From contig CAVVOX010000002.1 in assembly GCA_963749875.1 (NCBI GenBank), forward strand, positions 1,615,372 to 1,655,371: 40,000 bases of DNA. The letters run 5' to 3'. Source of the stretch: an uncultured Alphaproteobacteria bacterium (GTDB lineage: Bacteria; Pseudomonadota; Alphaproteobacteria; Rhizobiales; Rhodomicrobiaceae). This document shows positions 35,330 through 40,000 of the stretch, piece by piece (position 1 is the stretch's first letter; every line of letters begins with the position of its first letter). Both the position numbers and the translations under genes were made by a program. The notes below the pieces were generated by a model. The model was not told the origin of the DNA. It made no database searches and saw only the letters and a program-made list of their open reading frames with translations.

Positions 35330-36308
35330 CTATTTGCCGACCGCCTTACGCGCTTCGGCAATCATATCGGTAAGCTTTAATTCCGCATAGACAGGCTCGA
35401 CCGCCTTGCGGAAAGGCGTGGTATCGATCCTGTGAACCTTCACACCTTTTGACTCGATCTCCGCAAAGATTTCGTCGGCCTGCTCCACATTGGCCTTGAG
35501 GACCCCGGCGCCGCCTTTGTTCGAACTCCTCAACCACGATTTTGCGCAGATCGTCCGGCAGCGCGTTCAGCCATTTGGCGCTGACCAGGAGACCGCTCAT
35601 CAGATAGATATGCTCGGTCACGGTCACGTCGCTGACGACCTCATAGAGCTTGGCGCCGCGAATGGCGGAAGGCTGGGCTTCGGCGCCGTCGATCACGCCG
35701 AGCTGGAGCGACGGGTAGACCTCCGCCCAAGCGAGCGGCGTCGGCACGGCGCCCATCGCGGCGATAGTCTTGATCCAGAGCGGCTGACCGATGGTCCGCA
35801 CACGCACGCCTTTCAGATCGGCCGGTTTCGAGATCGGCTTCTTGGTCAGCATGTTGCGGGCGCCCTGATACCAGTTGAAGGACAGGAGCGTCAGGCCGGT
35901 CTTTTTCTCCAGCTCCTTGTTCCATTTGTCGTATGTCGGCGTCTCCACCAGCTTGACCAGCTCGTCGACGCTGTCGAAGACGTAAGGCGCGACGAGAACA
36001 TTGAACTCCGGCACATAGACCGAGACGCGCGAGGCCTCAACGAACGTGCCGACATTGGAGCCCGCCTGGGCCTGGTCCATCATGTCCTGCGTATCGCCGA
36101 GCTGCGAACTGGGAAAAATCTGCACCTCGATTTTGCCGCCGGACCGTTCCTCGACGGCCTTCTTCATCTTTTCCGCTCCCACGACGAGCGGGTCGCCGGG
36201 CGCCAGGACCGTGCCCAGCCGCAGCGTATAATCGGCGGCGAATGGCTGGGCCGGCGCGACGGCCAGACCGAGGAATATCGCTCCGAAAAGAAGTCCTGTC
36301 TTACGCAT
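35330..36308 (-). pseudogene. TRAP substrate-binding protein (DctP family) with a frame disruption near 35505-35530
   Basis: ATG 36308 (GGGAGGA RBS) gives a signal peptide MRKTGLLFGAIFLGLAVAPAQPFAA. The DctP-like sequence runs to ...LRKIVVEEFE and then turns Arg/Gly/Cys-rich. The natural C-terminus (NKGGAGVLKANVEQADEIFAEIESKGVKVHRIDTTPF...) continues in the frame of ORF 35330..35533. Confidence 0.65.
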
Positions 36309-36421
36309 TTGAATATCCTCCCTGGTTTCCTTCCTGGCCGCTCCCACGCCGAGGCTGCGGCTTTCCCAATTCGAGGCTGGGCATCCGGCGATGCATTCCT
36401 CTTATTGACGCCCCCATTTGG

Positions 36422-36433
36422 ATATTAATATAT
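36422..36433. promoter_or_regulatory. second copy (reverse orientation) of the ATATATTAATAT motif
   Basis: The + strand reads ATATTAATATAT. It lies in the divergent intergenic region between the DctP-like gene (start 36308) and the MBL gene (start 36617). Confidence 0.35.
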
Positions 36434-36616
36434 TAGTAGCCGGAAGCGTCAAGGCGTTTTGCCGGATCATTGCCTTCAGGCCCAGAGAGTGCGCACCCGG
36501 TGGCACCCCAACAGCGCCGCCAGAAAGCGGGCCGGCGATCGGCCTTTATCCGCCGACAGAAAAAAGTCGTCTCGACATCTTCGCCAGGCGAGGCATAAAA
36601 ACGATCGTAAGGGTCC

Positions 36617-37432
36617 ATGTCAGAGCTTGCAGAACAGATCGCAGCATTCGAAGTTCCAGGGCGCGGGATCGCGATCTGGTTCCTCGGCCAGAATGGCTGG
36701 ATCGTGAAATCGCCCGGCGGGACTGTCCTCGCTGTTGACCCTTATCTTTCCGATGCCATTAAAGGGCGGCGGCCGAACCTCGATACGGCGCGGCAGGTGC
36801 CGATCGCCATTCCGGCAGAGCGGCTGGAGGTCGATCTTTTCCTCTGCACGCACAGCCATGCCGATCACGCCTGCCCGGAAACCATCGCGGGCGCGCGGAA
36901 CGCAGGTACGCACCGCTTTGCCGGCCCGCCCGAAACGCAGCCGATCTTCGCCCGCGCAGGTGTTCCTGAAAGCGAATGTCTGCTCACCTACCCCAAACAA
37001 GTCTTTGCGCTCGGCGACGTGACCATCACCGGCACCTTCGCTCTGCCGACCGACGCCACCGACCTCAATCACATGGGTTTCGTCATTGCCGTAGAGGATG
37101 GCCCGCGCTTCTACGTCACCGGAGACTCGGCCCCCTCGCCGCTTCTACGTTCGGCGAAGGCGCATGCGCCGCATCTGGTGGCCGTATGCATCAATGGCGG
37201 CTACGGCAATCTCAGCCATTGGGAGGCGGCCGAGTTCGTCCGCGACATTGATCCGGAGATCGCCTTTCCTAGCCATTTCGATATGTTCGCGGATAATAGC
37301 TGCCCGCCGCATCTGTTCCGTGCGTCGCTGACCATTCTCGGCATCGGGGAAAAATACTGCCTGCCTGACTATTCGACTCCATTCGTCTATACGCTGGCGA
37401 ACAACCGCCCTGAGGAGGATGCCGAAAGTTGA
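36617..37432 (+). CDS. MBL-fold metallo-hydrolase (UlaG/lactonase-like)
   Basis: 271 aa with an HxHxDH motif (CTHSHADH). Its stop overlaps the TTG start of the downstream dehydratase (TTGA). Confidence 0.8.
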   Translation: MSELAEQIAAFEVPGRGIAIWFLGQNGWIVKSPGGTVLAVDPYLSDAIKGRRPNLDTARQVPIAIPAERLEVDLFLCTHSHADHACPETIAGARNAGTHRFAGPPETQPIFARAGVPESECLLTYPKQVFALGDVTITGTFALPTDATDLNHMGFVIAVEDGPRFYVTGDSAPSPLLRSAKAHAPHLVAVCINGGYGNLSHWEAAEFVRDIDPEIAFPSHFDMFADNSCPPHLFRASLTILGIGEKYCLPDYSTPFVYTLANNRPEEDAES

Positions 37433-39150
37433 AGAAGACACCAGAACAGCTCCGCAGCCACCGCTGGTTCGGCGTTGAGGATCTGCGCGCTTTCGGCCAC
37501 CGCTCGCGCATGCTGCAGATGGGCTACCGGCATGAGGAGTTCGTCGGCAAGCCGATCGTCGGCATCATCAACACATGGAGCGGCATTAATCCGTGCCATG
37601 CACATTTCGCCGAGCGCGTCGAGGATGTGAAGCGCGGCGTCATTCGGGCCGGCGGATTTCCGATCGAGTTGCCCGCGCTCTCGCTGGCCGAGCCGTTCGT
37701 CAAGCCGACGACCATGCTTTACCGCAATCTCCTGGCGATCGAGACCGAGGAACTGCTGCGGTCCCATCCGATCGACGGCGCGGTTCTGATGGGCGGCTGC
37801 GACAAGACCACGCCGGCGCTTCTCATGGGTGCGATCTCGATGGATCTGCCCGCCATTTTCGTGCCCGCGGGCCCGATGCTGCGCGGCAATTGGAAAGGCA
37901 GAATATTGGGCAGCGGCTCCGATGTCTGGAAATATTGGGCCGAAAAGGAAGCCGGGAACATAACCGATGCCGAGTGGCGCGAGATGGAGGCCGGGATCGC
38001 CCGGTCCTACGGCCATTGCATGACGATGGGCACGGCGTCCACACTGACGGCGATCGCCGAAACGCTCGGCTTCACCCTGCCCGGCGCCAGCTCGATCCCC
38101 GCATCCGACGCCGGCCACATGCGGATGGCCTCAACGAGCGGCGAAACGGCGGTCGAGATGATCTGGGCGGACCGCAAGCCGTCCGCCTTCCTCACCCGGC
38201 AATCCTTCGAAAACGCGCTCGTCGCACAGATGGGGATCGGCGGCTCGACCAACGCCATCATCCATCTGGTCGCCCTGGCACGCCGCACGGGCGTCCCGCT
38301 CGATCTTGCCGATGTGGACCGCATCTCCCGGCAGATGCCGGTGACGGTCAATCTCCAGCCCTCCGGCCAATATCTGATGGAGGATTTCTATTATGCTGGC
38401 GGGTTGACCGGCTTTCTCGGTACCATTCGCGACAAGCTTCACCTCGATGCCGCAACGGTCAACGGGCGCACGATCGGCGAGAACGTCGCAGGCGCGGAAG
38501 TCTATAATGACGACGTCATCCGGCCGCTCGACAGGGCGATCTACGGGGCCGGCGCCACGGCCGTGCTGTTCGGCAATCTCGCGCCGAATGGCTGCGTCAT
38601 GAAGCCCTGCGCCGCCGAGCCGCGCCTCTTGAAGCATGAAGGCCCCGCCCTCGTCTTCCGCGACTATAATGAGATGGCGGCGATGATCGACCGCGACGAT
38701 CTCGACGTGACCCCCGACACCGTGCTCGTCCTGCAGAATGCCGGTCCCGTCGGCGCGCCGGGCATGCCGGAATGGGGCATGCTGCCGCTGCCGAAGAAGC
38801 TCTTGCAGCAGGGCGTTCGCGATATGCTGCGCGTCTCCGATGCCCGCATGAGCGGCACGAGCTATGGGGCCTGCGTTCTCCACGTTTCGCCGGAAAGCCA
38901 TATTGGCGGGCCGCTCGCCGCGGTCAGAACCGGCGATGTGATTTCGGTCGATGTGGAGAACCGGCGGATCGATGTGCGGCTTTCGGACGAGGAGATTGCG
39001 GCGCGCCTCGCCGAGTGGCGACCGCCCAGCCGCGACTACCCCCGCGGCTACAATCAGATGTTTGCCCGCCATATCGGTCAGGCTCATGAAGGCTGCGATT
39101 TCGACTTTCTGAGCGGGGCCGGCGGCATCCCGGAACCGGAGATTCACTAG
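37429..39150 (+). CDS. IlvD/Edd family sugar-acid dehydratase (arabinonate/xylonate/gluconate dehydratase-like)
   Basis: 573 aa. LRSHRWFG...GKPIVGIINTWSGINPCHAHF, GGCDKTTPALLMG and SDARMSGTSYG are typical of the IlvD/Edd family, sugar-acid branch. Confidence 0.85.
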   Translation: MKKTPEQLRSHRWFGVEDLRAFGHRSRMLQMGYRHEEFVGKPIVGIINTWSGINPCHAHFAERVEDVKRGVIRAGGFPIELPALSLAEPFVKPTTMLYRNLLAIETEELLRSHPIDGAVLMGGCDKTTPALLMGAISMDLPAIFVPAGPMLRGNWKGRILGSGSDVWKYWAEKEAGNITDAEWREMEAGIARSYGHCMTMGTASTLTAIAETLGFTLPGASSIPASDAGHMRMASTSGETAVEMIWADRKPSAFLTRQSFENALVAQMGIGGSTNAIIHLVALARRTGVPLDLADVDRISRQMPVTVNLQPSGQYLMEDFYYAGGLTGFLGTIRDKLHLDAATVNGRTIGENVAGAEVYNDDVIRPLDRAIYGAGATAVLFGNLAPNGCVMKPCAAEPRLLKHEGPALVFRDYNEMAAMIDRDDLDVTPDTVLVLQNAGPVGAPGMPEWGMLPLPKKLLQQGVRDMLRVSDARMSGTSYGACVLHVSPESHIGGPLAAVRTGDVISVDVENRRIDVRLSDEEIAARLAEWRPPSRDYPRGYNQMFARHIGQAHEGCDFDFLSGAGGIPEPEIH

Positions 39151-39153
39151 CGT

Positions 39154-39274
39154 AACGCGCGTCCAAGCATGTCCCCGCGAAGGCGGGGATGGACGCGGGA
39201 ACAGTTGCGCTAACTTTTTGAAATGGATCAACTTGACCTCGTCCAAGTGATGCTACTTGAACGAGGGTTGATCT
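39154..39274 (+). repeat. 121-bp structured intergenic repeat, copy 2
   Basis: Same orientation as 22520-22640. Starts 4 nt after the dehydratase stop, between convergent genes. Hairpin 1 has perfect inner stem TCCCCGC-GAAG-GCGGGGA. Confidence 0.85.
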
Positions 39275-39323
39275 AAGCGGCTGCGTGTTCGAGCGCTCTC
39301 ATCGTCGCAGCCTCGCCACCCGG

Positions 39324-40000
39324 TCACTCCATCCGCTGACGGAAGAGCCAGGCCGCGACCGACAGCGTGAACGCCGCGATGAGGATGAGCGGCACGATGT
39401 TCGAGGCGACGTCCAGCGCGGGCATGTCCTTCAGGAAGACGCCGCGAGCGATGACGAGGAAATGCCGCAAGGGGTTCGCCTCGGTGATGAGCTGAAGCCA
39501 TTCGGGCATATTCTCGATCGGCGTTGCGAAGCCGGACAGCAGGATCGCGGGCGCTGCGAACAGAAATGTCCCGAGAAAGGCCTGTTGCTGAGTTTGGGAC
39601 AGCGAAGAGATGAACAGGCCAATGCCAATGACGGCGGCGAGAAAGAAGACGACGCCGACATAGAGAAGCGCCAGCGCGCCGCGGAGAGGGACTTCGAAGA
39701 AGAGCGTCGCGACCAAGAGGAACGCGGTCGCCTGAACGACGCCGATAATCAGTGGCGGCAGCATCTTGCCGATCAGGATTTCATGCACGCGCAAGGGCGA
39801 GACCATGAGCTGGTCGAACGTTCCCAGCTCGCGTTCCCGCGCGACGGACTGGCCCGCGACGACCAATGCGATCAACAGGCCGAGCGTGCCCATCAGGCCC
39901 GGCACCGTGAACCACATATAGATGAGGTTCGAATTGAACCAGTGACGCACGGCGATCGCGCTTTTGACCTGACTCAGGCGGGTTTCGTCCTTGATCTGAA
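39324..40000 (-). CDS. ABC-2 type transporter permease (YbhS/YhhJ-like), 5' end outside the window
   Basis: Has the C-terminal TM bundle and motifs ERELGTFDQLMVSP and ANPLRHF. The frame remains open from 39950 to position 40000, so the listed GTG start is internal. Confidence 0.8.
   Translation of the reverse strand, partial: QIKDETRLSQVKSAIAVRHWFNSNLIYMWFTVPGLMGTLGLLIALVVAGQSVARERELGTFDQLMVSPLRVHEILIGKMLPPLIIGVVQATAFLLVATLFFEVPLRGALALLYVGVVFFLAAVIGIGLFISSLSQTQQQAFLGTFLFAAPAILLSGFATPIENMPEWLQLITEANPLRHFLVIARGVFLKDMPALDVASNIVPLILIAAFTLSVAAWLFRQRME

Noticed and set aside
1-40000. CRISPR arrays, rRNA genes, IS elements/transposases, integrases, prophage genes, toxin-antitoxin pairs and known defence-system signatures.
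   Set aside because: No regularly spaced repeats and no proteins with the corresponding motifs were seen in any frame. The only repeat family found is the 121-bp element reported above.

Overview
This is a high-GC, densely coding chromosomal window that looks alphaproteobacterial. That assignment is inferred from gene content and promoter style only. No transposase, integrase, CRISPR array or rRNA was seen.

**1-20 kb (housekeeping and transport):**
- an SDR oxidoreductase
- mtnA translationally coupled to a class II aldolase, a candidate DHAP-shunt pair
- an ABC-F ATPase
- a receiver-like/RsbW-like kinase fusion
- a short ModE-like regulator and modABC with a candidate Mo-box
- dusA, an ICMT-like methyltransferase and a prolyl aminopeptidase
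- a DUF4212 protein plus a sodium:solute symporter
- a CrbS/CrbR-like two-component pair

**20.4-32.5 kb (accessory glycan locus):** a tRNA with anticodon CAT (20074-20150) marks the transition. Composition here is patchy and AT-rich. The locus contains:
- a frame-split polytopic membrane protein
- a short SPFH protein
- a signal-less clan GH-A-like hydrolase
- three tandem paralogous CgeB-like glycosyltransferase genes, the middle one frameshifted
- three SDR nucleotide-sugar enzymes, including UDP-glucuronate decarboxylase
- a strongly AT-rich membrane-anchored SGNH-like gene

No priming transferase, flippase, polymerase or exporter is recognisable. This orphan locus is the best candidate for an undescribed system.

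**32.6-40 kb:**
- a GntR regulator
- a TRAP transporter whose dctP-like gene is frame-split
- an MBL lactonase-like gene translationally coupled to an IlvD/Edd sugar-acid dehydratase
- a partial ABC-2 permease

**Repeats:** a 121-bp two-hairpin intergenic repeat occurs twice in the same orientation (22520-22640 and 39154-39274).
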